The notes under the pieces were generated by a model, which did no database searches, was not told the origin of the DNA, and saw nothing but the letters and a program-made list of their open reading frames with translations. Positions 50,281 to 64,000 of a DNA stretch of 64,000 bases are shown here, one piece after another. This stretch comes from Chrysomallon squamiferum (Eukaryota > Animalia > Mollusca), in NCBI GenBank assembly GCA_012295275.1, contig CM022676.1, positions 15,128,001 through 15,192,000 of the forward strand, read 5' to 3'. Both the position numbers and the translations under genes were made by a program. How positions within the stretch are numbered: position 1 is the first letter of the stretch; each line of letters begins with the position of its first letter.

Positions 50281-50911
50281 CTTATAGAGCTTTGTCAAAC
50301 GGGTTCTCATATTCTGGAGCGATCATTGCTATACCGATGAGTTTTTAAGCGCTTACTTTGGAGCACTAAGCACAAGATAAAAGTGTAAACAAATCTGGAA
50401 TTTTCTGGAGCAGCACACTTCATTATCAAGTCTGTTGTAATTATCCGTTACTTTCCGCTTTCTGTACGATATAGCTCATGTCAGTAAAACGCTTTAACAC
50501 ACGTCGCTAAAAAGGAAAGTTGCTGAAAAACAATCGCTCTAGAGAAGAGGAGTATTCAAGCGAATGCTCATGTCTTATGTAAAATTAGATGTTAAACTTG
50601 TTGTCAAAGCTAGTTTAATATTGTAAGACAAAAGAGAAGATATTTGTAAGCTTGACAAATGTGTAGATGAATGTCATTACGTATTTAAAAGCGATGATGC
50701 GAGAAACGGTCTACCAGATAAATCCAGATATATTTTCAAACAATAATTTGTTTAATAACAAAAATATGTTTACACGTTTATGTCGAAATACCGTTTTTGT
50801 AACTTGTCGTCTGAAACTGAAACGTATTTTCAGACGAAAGCGAGAGAGCTATTTAAATAAAAAAATAAAAAAAAATAAATAAAAAAATAAATAATAATAA
50901 CAGTAATGATA

Positions 50912-50968
<57 letters not shown>

Positions 50969-52090
50969 TAAATAAAACAAATAAATGAATAACTAAAAAG
51001 ATGACGATTCTGATGAAAATAGTAATTAATAAATCAATACATAAATAAAAGCTGAAAGAAAGATAAAATTCTTGTTAATTAAATAACTCCGATTTAAATA
51101 CATTTTAAATATATGACACTGCAAATCATTATATGTTCTACTGCTATGACTTGAGTTTTATTCTCGTACATTCTGGTTCTATAGTTATATTTTATGTGTT
51201 TATGTGTTAAAGATATTTATCTAGTAATATGTTATGGTTATATCTTAATTGAAAGTGTTGTACTCACATACATATTTCATCATACAGTGACGAAAATGTG
51301 CAGAATTTTATATCATTACTCGTTGTAATAATTACATATAGTTAGTGCTTTGTTTATATATTTTATTTTCTAATTCTTGCTAATAAAGTAAGGTTATTTC
51401 TTGCTAATTTCACTCTTTCCTACCTTAAAAGCTATATAGTATTATATATAAACCACACTTAATTTGTATTTTTTAAATGATGTCATAGATTATTATGTAG
51501 AAAAATATGGCATACATGTGTCTGTGTAATGTATAACTCATTATACTAAATTAATGGAATAACATTATATAGACTGGTTTTGACCATTGATTTAATTGAC
51601 GTACTAGTTCAGATGTAAGTCAATGTTTAGTTGATTGCTTTGGCGTCCGCTAAGTAACGTAATATTTAAATAACACCGACTTGAATATGATAGCCTTGCG
51701 ATAGATATAAATAGTGGAGTAAACCTTGTGAATTTGACTGTTGTGGAAATGCTTAGGACATACTGCTGCTAAAGGCAAGTTAATGTGACAAGTGAGATTA
51801 CACAACTGTTGTTATAAGTAACAAACTCAAAATATGTTATAATGTTCATGACTGAGTATTATTTTTATTGTATTTTGTAATGACAACAAATAATAAGACT
51901 GTAAACGTATTTTCATCTGTTTTGTGTTCTGTGGATAATAATTAAGTGGTATTTCAACAATTCTTGTTCTGGGCTCTAGTTTCACATGATCATCATAAAT
52001 TATTGTCATCAGTTAGATAACATATCAAAGACCTAACTTATTTGTTTGTACAAAACTTAAATGTCATACACTTTTTCTACCACAAACAAG

Positions 52091-52470
52091 TTAATCAGAA
52101 TTTTACTAGACATAGTTTAATCAGAATCTTACTAGGCATAGTTTAATAACAGCTTCACTAGACATATATTATTCACAATTTTACTAAACAAAGACTAATT
52201 AGAATTTTACTGGACAAAATTTAATCACAATTAAATAGCCACAGCCCTTTGCAATTTACTAGACAGATTAATAACAATTTCACTAGATATAGCTCATTCA
52301 CAATTTTAATCGACATAGATTAATTGGAATTTTAGTAAACACAGTAAAGTCACAATTTCACAAGACTTACATGGTAAGTAGAATTTTAGTAGACAGAGGT
52401 TAATCACAAACTTAATACACATAGATTAATTAGAATATGAAACTAAACATAGTGTAATCACAATTTTACA
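52091..52470. repeat. 26-bp minisatellite (ttaatcagaattttactagacatagt-like), roughly 13-14 degenerate copies
   Basis: Directly visible periodicity. Confidence 0.85.
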
Positions 52471-53014
52471 GATTTATCGAAATTATATGCTGTACAGAAT
52501 CAGTTAATTGAAAGAATAACAATGTGATTTTAGAACATAAAATACTATACAAACATGCACTGTATATTACATTGTCTTGAAGTAAACATAATTCAAGTAA
52601 TAAACCTCATTTAAAACGAATTTGTCAAACGTTTTGGTATGAAAAGCAAAACGTGTGATTAATTAGGTGTTTTGACTAAAAACAAATCAATAATAGTGAA
52701 TAACTGTTATATAATTTCATTTCCTGAATTTAGCTGGGGTTTTCCAATCTTTAACCTATGTATGTCTGTACGTATATGTATATATGTAGGAATGAATGAA
52801 CGTATCTACAAGGCAGATATATATATATATGTGTATGTATGTATTTATACACATATATGTGCATGTATGTATGTATGTATGTATGTATGTATGTATGTAC
52901 GTGTGTGTGTGTGTGCTTGTACGTATGTATGTGTAAGTATGTGTATATGTACAGGAAAAGTAATAAAATAAATTGTTTCGATGTTTTAAGTAAACAGATT
53001 TATAGAGAGATATT

Positions 53015-57609
<4,595 letters not shown>

Positions 57610-57774
57610 CTTGTAGGCAAAAAGATAGTCAGGTCAGCTGACGTTGAAAAACATGATGATATCAGAAATATAACGAAATTGTACATTTGAAAACAGTAAT
57701 GCAAACAAGAACAATATAATGAACAAGAACAACCAAAAAGTGATTGAAAGGTCAAATTAATAGACAAATGCAAA

Positions 57775-58027
57775 GTAAAACTATGAAATTATTCACAAGA
57801 TTTTTCCGAGTAGATCAATGTGAATCTACAACTTGATATATTCCAAAGTGTGTGATTTGAATGTCTGTTAAACTGTAAAACCCCAAAGCAGACATTTCCT
57901 TTGTAATCGATGTACCGTGTCCAAGTCTGTGTGTAATAACATCTGTTAATTTGTACCATGTCAATGTAGGGGCTGGATTCACAATTACGTAAACTTTCAG
58001 AGTTATGCTGGTACCCAGTGAGGTCTC
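57775..58027 (-). pseudogene. Decayed Ig-like exon of gene 2
   Basis: ETSLGTSITLKVYVIVNPAPTLTWYKL...YSLTDIQITHFGIYQVVDSH*STRKNLVNNFIV: Ig-like NPxP..W and GxY pattern, in-frame TGA at 57817-57815, no convincing splice sites. Confidence 0.65.
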
Positions 58028-58921
58028 TATTTATTATATACATCTGTGTCTATCTGTTTATGTGCGTGTCTGTGTATATGTATGCCTCTTTGTGTGTATT
58101 AGTTTAGATTTTTTATTAATAACATTTCTAAACGCACATCTTTAAAGTTATGTTAATTACACAAATCACTTAATTATCAATATTATATATTTTTCTTTCT
58201 ATAGTTGATTTAGAGGTAATTTTAACTTTTTATTTGATTATTTATTTATGAGATTCACACATCAACCGAACCATCTACACACACATACCACAACCTAAAA
58301 TAAAATGTTATTGAAGAAGGAGAAAAATCATCAGCTTTTAGTGAGCAATTGTCCGTATTCCTTCTTTCAGTGTTAACAGTAATTTGACAAAAAAAAATTG
58401 TGCCAAATGAAAATATAACTAGTTGCATCACTGCTGACTGAATCATTTTTTGTGTTCTTAGTGTCACATTAGTAAAGATTTTTTGTTATTTTCCAAACCT
58501 TAATACCAACAGTAATGTTTATTTTTATTTTTAATTAAAAAGTTAAGTTATAATTAATACACTAATCGCTTCCATTTAGTGCTGACTGTCTAGATGTTCT
58601 GATACCACAGATGATCCGACCTGAACATGTTAATTAATAATTAAAACAATTAGTTTGTTGTTATTTCTGAACACAGAAAACACTAGTTGACAGTTGTGTA
58701 TTGAAAAAGTATAATTTTAGTAGTAAAGATACCGAATCTGTTATAGAAGTGGTACGTACATTTGTCTTTTGTATTTGTGGTCGTATATGTTTAATATTCA
58801 AAGAGAAAGATACATAAATAAATTAGGTAGATACATTACTTCTTGAGCCAGATGTATCTAACAGAGTCGACGTTGTTGTTGTTGTTGTTGCTGCCTCTGT
58901 TACGGTAATCTTATTAGCCTG

Positions 58922-59121
58922 NNNNNNNNNNNNNNNNNNNNNNNNNNNNNNNNNNNNNNNNNNNNNNNNNNNNNNNNNNNNNNNNNNNNNNNNNNNNNNN
59001 NNNNNNNNNNNNNNNNNNNNNNNNNNNNNNNNNNNNNNNNNNNNNNNNNNNNNNNNNNNNNNNNNNNNNNNNNNNNNNNNNNNNNNNNNNNNNNNNNNNN
59101 NNNNNNNNNNNNNNNNNNNNN
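58922..59121. other. Assembly gap (200 N)
   Basis: Run of N. Confidence 1.
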
Positions 59122-59211
59122 ATCAGATTCTTCCCTGTGTGCCAACCTGAGACTGCAGATGAGGTGGCCATGTTTTCACTACTAACAAATAATAATAATA
59201 ATAACAACAAC

Positions 59212-59255
<44 letters not shown>

Positions 59256-59597
59256 CAACAACAACAATAAAAATAATATTATTATTATGGAGTAGGGACA
59301 GAAATGGAAAAACAAACTGTTCACACATGGAACTGTAATAATTCAAGGAAAAAAATAATAAAAAGTAAAGTCATCAAAAAAAAATTAAATAAATATCAAT
59401 CAAATTAAAATATAACATCAATAACTCAGTAATAATAATAATAAAATAATAATAATAACATGTTTATGCTCCAAAGTTTTCGTTTCTTTCTTTATTTTTT
59501 TCTAATTCCACGATGTTATATAACTTTTGTTTTTGTTTTTAATCAAAATCCACAATAAATTAAGAATAATTCGAAACACCAAAGGGAAATAACTTAC

Positions 59598-59664
59598 GCT
59601 TTGTATTCATGGAAGTGGTAAAGGAATTATCTCCCACTGTATCAGTAAACACTTTTCTTGTCTG
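59598..59664 (-). CDS. Possible small exon QTRKVFTDTVGDNSFTTSMNTK (affiliation uncertain, beyond the gap)
   Basis: ttttcatacag acceptor and C|gtaagt donor; only one frame open. Confidence 0.35.
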
Positions 59665-59821
59665 CTGTATGAAAATAGTTAAACACGATGTATTTGTTAC
59701 TCAACATTTACTATGAACAATGATAATTAAACAACAACAATAATAATAATAATAATAATATTAATTATTATTATTATTATTATTATTATTGCTATTATCA
59801 TTATTATTATTACTGTCATTA

Positions 59822-59895
<74 letters not shown>

Positions 59896-60226
59896 TTCCT
59901 GATTTATAAAAAAAAATACTCTATAAGGCCGTGTTCTATAATAATAAACTGATGGAGTAGAATAAACTATATTTAGTATACACCAATATGCAATACTGCT
60001 CTTGCACTTTATACTTCTAAAAAATGTTGGTTTAGAAAAAATAAAAATAACAAACCATGATGGATACTGTTAAAAACAAGGCGGAGATCTGGATACTCCA
60101 CTTTTAAATATAGCCTCGTAATTGCATGCACGTTTCTTTGTGCGTATGTCTATGCTTGTGTTTTTATATGTATAATTTAGCACTGACTATTCTTATGTAC
60201 GTCTAATTAGCCTGTAGACAATATTC

Positions 60227-60375
60227 AGAGGGGGCGCTATCACAGGTGGACAAAGTCCAGTCATGATTTGACCAACCTGATCAGATGCCGCTGTCGAGAC
60301 TCGAACGTATGGCTCTCGTTCGCCCACACTCAGAAGGGAGAAAACGCTATCGTTGGGCCATCAAGCCAAGCTTGA
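60227..60375 (-). mobile_element. tRNA-derived SINE-like fragment
   Basis: GC-rich island with A-box-like TGGCCCAACGAT (60360-60349) and B box GTTCGAGTC (60306-60298). Confidence 0.5.
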
Positions 60376-60889
60376 AAAGGTTGCTCAGTAACCGAGGGTA
60401 ATCATCGCTTCACACGAAGGACACTGTTTTTTGCATGTCGAAATTTTCGTGTGCATCTAATTTTTTTTTCTCAAAACCTGCCAATGGCAAATATGTGTTG
60501 TTTGCTAATTTGTGTGTACGAGTGTGTTTGTGTGTGAGTGGGTTTTATCTGTATGTATTTATGCTTGAATATATTTATATGTGTGTATGTATATGTATGC
60601 ATGTATGTATGTATGCATGTGTCTCTGTGTATGTATATCTGTCAGTGTGCTAAGGATTTATTCATTGAAAAGTCAGAAGTATCTCAGATCTAAATAATAA
60701 GCTTCCGCATATCATTTACACAATTAATATTTCTTCTATTTCGTTTCAGTTTTCAAGCTATTTGCTTTAAATTTTGAATCGTCATGTGTTCTTCAAGAAA
60801 TCTAGACTATAAAGAGAATAACTCTTTGTCCATATAATTTCTGTTTTTCATTTAAATATAGAACAAAACCGAGATGACAGATCTAGAAG

Positions 60890-61080
60890 CGATATAGTTG
60901 TAATAGTAGTAGTCATAGTGGTAGTACTAGTACCATAGGTAATTATAGTAGTAGCAGTAGCTGCAGCACTAGTAACAGTAGTAGCAGTAGTAGTAGTATG
61001 AGTAGTACTGGATATACTAGGGCTAGTAATAACAGTAATAGCAGTAGTAGTAGTAGATGTAGTAGTAATGGTAGTAGTAT
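60890..61080 (+). repeat. AGT-rich minisatellite related to the 63240-64000 array
   Basis: Contains agtagtactggatatactagggctagtaataac, a variant of the diagnostic unit. Confidence 0.7.
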
Positions 61081-62278
61081 GATGCTAGAACGTGTGATGA
61101 CGCTAGAACAAACTCTAGGAAATATACTACCACCAGAAGAACGGTCAAACGATTCAGAAGAAAAAGACGAATGGAGTAAATGGAGGAAGAACGTTGAGTC
61201 TGATCGACGAAAACCTGAGACAACTGCATCGGATATTCTTGCCCAGTACATCACGTTGAAAGTAGAACATGAAGCGATTCAACAGCAACACCGAGAAAAA
61301 ACACCAGAACCTTTGTCAGAGGATGAAGTTACTGTAGATTCACCGAGGAAAATCCTTTGAACGAAAATCGACAGCTCGATATACAGAAAAAGTGATCAAC
61401 GCTATCACCAGAGAAGAGAAGAGAAAAGTTGTGTAAGCTACCGAACGAGAGGAAGCTAAAAAATTAAAAGTAAGTTCTGAAGGCACGAAAATGACAGAAC
61501 TAGCTAGTAGATTATTAGTTGTTAGTGTGGCAACAACCAGAGAACAATTAATTACTTGGGTTAGAAATTACAAACAAGAAGCAAATGAAGTTTGTACAAT
61601 ACCTGGAGAAAATCAACCACTTGGTGGATTCACTTTTATCATGTGTGAAATTTCATTTCAGAGCGTTTTGAAGTCACAACTTGAAATTGTGAATTCTCCA
61701 GTAGATCCGAAAGTGTCCATTATTGACTATTTGAGAACATGGGAACCTCCAAATGATTTAGATTTGATTGAACCTGAAGAAAGCATGATGGATTTTCTAT
61801 ATTGGTGTTGTCATGCTGAAATTGATGGTATCAAAGTTGCACGAAAAATAGTATCCATTCTTCGAAAACATGATACTGACCGTTACTGTGTCTGCTTGAT
61901 TGGAGAATCCACAACAGGTAAATCGTATTGGATGATTGAACCATTCACAATTTTACAATCATCTGTAGTTGGACATGCGCGTATAGACGCTGATTTGGTT
62001 TCGAGTCCTGCGTGAATAAAATATTATTCTTGTTGATGAATGTAACATTTATCAACCAATTATGGACACCAACAAATCTTTGTTATAAGGTAATAAGGTG
62101 GAAGTTGTAAGAAAAGGTAAACAACCTATGGTGATCCATAAAACTGTTGGTTTTGTGTCCAGAGATGAAAAACAAATGATCGTAACGCACAATTTTATGG
62201 TTCTGTATTATTATAAACATTGCCATGTGGTTTACCAATTTCGGACGACTGCATTGTATTTTCTGTTTTTGCTTTAAT
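61079..62278 (+). pseudogene. Disrupted parvovirus/densovirus NS1-like SF3 helicase gene (endogenous viral element or derived mobile element)
   Basis: Walker A CVCLIGESTTGKS (~61887-61925). After two 1-nt frameshifts (~61996, ~62020): GFESCVNK-NIILVDEC (Walker B), then KSLL*GNKVEVVRKGKQPMVIHKT (B'-like). Upstream charged region 61079-61490 is broken by stops/frameshift. AATAAA at ~62276. Confidence 0.8.
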
Positions 62279-62339
62279 AAAAATAAAAATAAAATAAAAC
62301 CAAATTATTATTATTTATTTCACGTTTCTAAAAGCAGTG

Positions 62340-62520
62340 CGTTTTTCAGTACCACTATTAGTAGTAGCCCTAATATTTCCAGTATTGCTATTATTACTAG
62401 CCCTACTTTATCCAGTACTACTGTTATTAGTAACCCTACTATTTCTACAGTTATTATCACTTTTATTACTACCTCTACTATTTCCAGTAATATTATTATT
62501 ACTAACTCTACTACTGTTGA
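62340..62520 (-). repeat. Inverted copy of the CTGGAAATA/AGGGCTA minisatellite
   Basis: tatttccagtattgctattattactagccctac is the reverse complement of units in 63240-64000. Confidence 0.85.
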
Positions 62521-62849
62521 CATTTCCCTAACTTACCTTGATATCCACTTGAACTTACCTTAATTACCGACATCACCTGGAATAAGAAATCAAATGTAAA
62601 TTATCCAAACGTGCGAGGATTCGAACTCCAAGCAGCGAGCGTACCGAGCGTGAACGCTAACCACGACACCATCCGATCTCGGACGAGCAAGAACGAAAAT
62701 AACTTCTAGTCAAACCTGCGATCGATGTTGTGCAGTCGATTTTGGGTTATCTCCCAACATGGCGATTATCTGCAGAAGCCGTCATTTTCATTTTATTTGA
62801 TCTCACTATTTTAAATATAAATCCACACACTCGTTAATATTTAGCATAT

Positions 62850-62956
62850 AAAATAAACATTTATATAAAATTAAAAAAAATGCATTAATAGTTTCTAAAA
62901 ATAAACATTTATATAAAATTTAAAAAAATGCATTAATAGTTTCTAAAAATAAACAT
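62850..62956. repeat. 48-bp direct tandem duplication in the spacer
   Basis: aaataaacatttatataaaatt(a/t)aaaaaaatgcattaatagtttctaa repeated about 2.2 times. Confidence 0.9.
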
Positions 62957-63088
62957 GATGTCATTATTCCTGAAGTTATATAATTCTTGTAGTATTGCAG
63001 GATATTATGCATGTTGGGAGGTAACTCCAAATCGATTGCACAACATCGATCGCATGATTGACTAGATGTTCTTTTCGTATGTTGCTCG

Positions 63089-63170
63089 TCCGAGATCGGA
63101 TGGTGTCGTGGTTAGAGGTCACGCTCGCTACGCTCGCTGCTTGGAGTTCAAATCCTTGCTCCGCTCGGAT
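63089..63170 (+). promoter_or_regulatory. tRNA-like Pol III type-2 promoter module (mirror copy on the minus strand at ~62603-62683)
   Basis: A-box-like TGGTGTCGTGG 63101-63111, B box GTTCAAATCC 63146-63155 (GTTCGAATCC in the left arm, 62626-62617); TCCGAG...CTCGGA can pair. Confidence 0.55.
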
Positions 63171-63239
63171 AATTGACCTTTCCTTTCTCGTACCAGGTGA
63201 TTCAGGTAATTAAGGTAAATTAAAGGGAACATCAAGACA

Positions 63240-64000
63240 ATAACAGTAGTACTGGAAATATTAATAGTAATAGTAGTGCTGGAAATAGTAGTAGTAGTAC
63301 TGGAAATAGAAGGGATAATAATAGTAGTGTTGGAAATAGTTGGACTAGTAATAATAGTAGTACTACTGGAAATAGAAGAGTTAGTAATAATAGTAGTAGT
63401 ACTGGAAATAGTTCTGCTACTAATAGTAGGGCTAATAATAATAATAGTAGTACTGGAAATAGTAATAATAGTGCTGGAAATAGAAGGGCTAGTAATAATA
63501 GTAGTGCTGGAAATAACAGAGTTAATAATAGTAGTAGGACTATAATAATAGTAGTTATGGAAATAATAGCGCTAGTAGTAGTGCTGGAAATAGTAATAGT
63601 AGTAGTAGTCCTGGAAACAGAAGGGGCACTAATAATTATAGTGCTGGATAGTAATAATAATAGTACTGGAAATAATACGGCTAATAATAGTAGTAGTGCT
63701 GGAAATAATAGGGCTAATAATAGTAGTAGGGCTAGTAATAATAGTAGTGCTGGAAATAGTAATAGTAATAATAGTAATAGTAATAGTAGTCCTGGAAATA
63801 GAAGGGTTAGTAAAAATAGTAGTAGTGCTGGAAATAAAAGGGCTAATAATAGAAGTAGTAATGGAAAGAGTAGGGTTAGTAATAATAGTAGTACTGGAAA
63901 TAATACGGCTAATAATAGTAGTAGGGCTAGTAATAATAGTAGTGCTGGAAATAGTAATAGTAATAATATTAATAGTAATAGTAGTCCTGGAAATAGAAGG
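63240..64000 (+). repeat. Minisatellite of (AGT/AAT)n-GTGCTGGAAATA and AGGGCTA units, running off the window
   Basis: Directly visible. Confidence 0.95.

Larger units (their letters stand above)
62537..63236. repeat. Long inverted repeat: ~240-bp arms (62537-62774 / 62996-63236) around a ~220-bp AT-rich spacer
   Basis: Perfect 34-bp match 62657-62690 vs 63082-63115; rest of the arms collinear with scattered mismatches. Confidence 0.92.

Noticed and set aside
50303-50552. Possible MITE with imperfect terminal inverted repeats (ttctggagcgatc / aatcgctctaga)
   Set aside because: Match too weak, no TSD identified, single copy in the window.
52091-52470. CRISPR-like periodicity
   Set aside because: Head-to-tail repeats with no unique spacers, eukaryotic context, no cas genes.
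63089-63170. Functional tRNA gene in the inverted-repeat arms
   Set aside because: A/B boxes are present, but I could not build a canonical cloverleaf or assign an anticodon; kept as tRNA-like only. tRNAscan-SE would decide.
62225-63545. Hydrophobic ORFs 62225, 62320, 62337 and 63276 as capsid or membrane proteins
   Set aside because: They translate the AGT/AAT minisatellite; no PLA2 or capsid-like sequence seen.

Overview
AT-rich, microsatellite-rich animal genomic DNA (probably a lophotrochozoan invertebrate such as a mollusc; taxon is inference), so most ORF-track entries are simple-repeat noise. Four parts: (1) 802-33460, minus strand: the 5' part of a spliced gene that I assembled by hand into one open frame (about 1497 codons): signal peptide, 13 six-Cys SRCR domains (two exons each, arranged (a-b-c)x4 + a), a 30-nt linker exon and an Ig domain, continuing off the left edge. 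Type-a domains are hypervariable; b and c are nearly invariant. (2) ~29000-47900: tandem segmental copies of this gene's promoter/first-exon region, with two disabled copies of the signal-peptide exon, then a decayed LINE. (3) 53015-58027, minus strand: the 3' end of a second receptor gene (decayed Ig exon, FN3, TM, tail with Tyr motifs on micro-exons). (4) 60890-64000: a disrupted parvovirus/densovirus NS1-like SF3 helicase gene bracketed by inverted copies of a minisatellite, next to a long inverted repeat whose arms carry tRNA-like Pol III boxes. All coordinates and translations were read by eye; no database search was possible.
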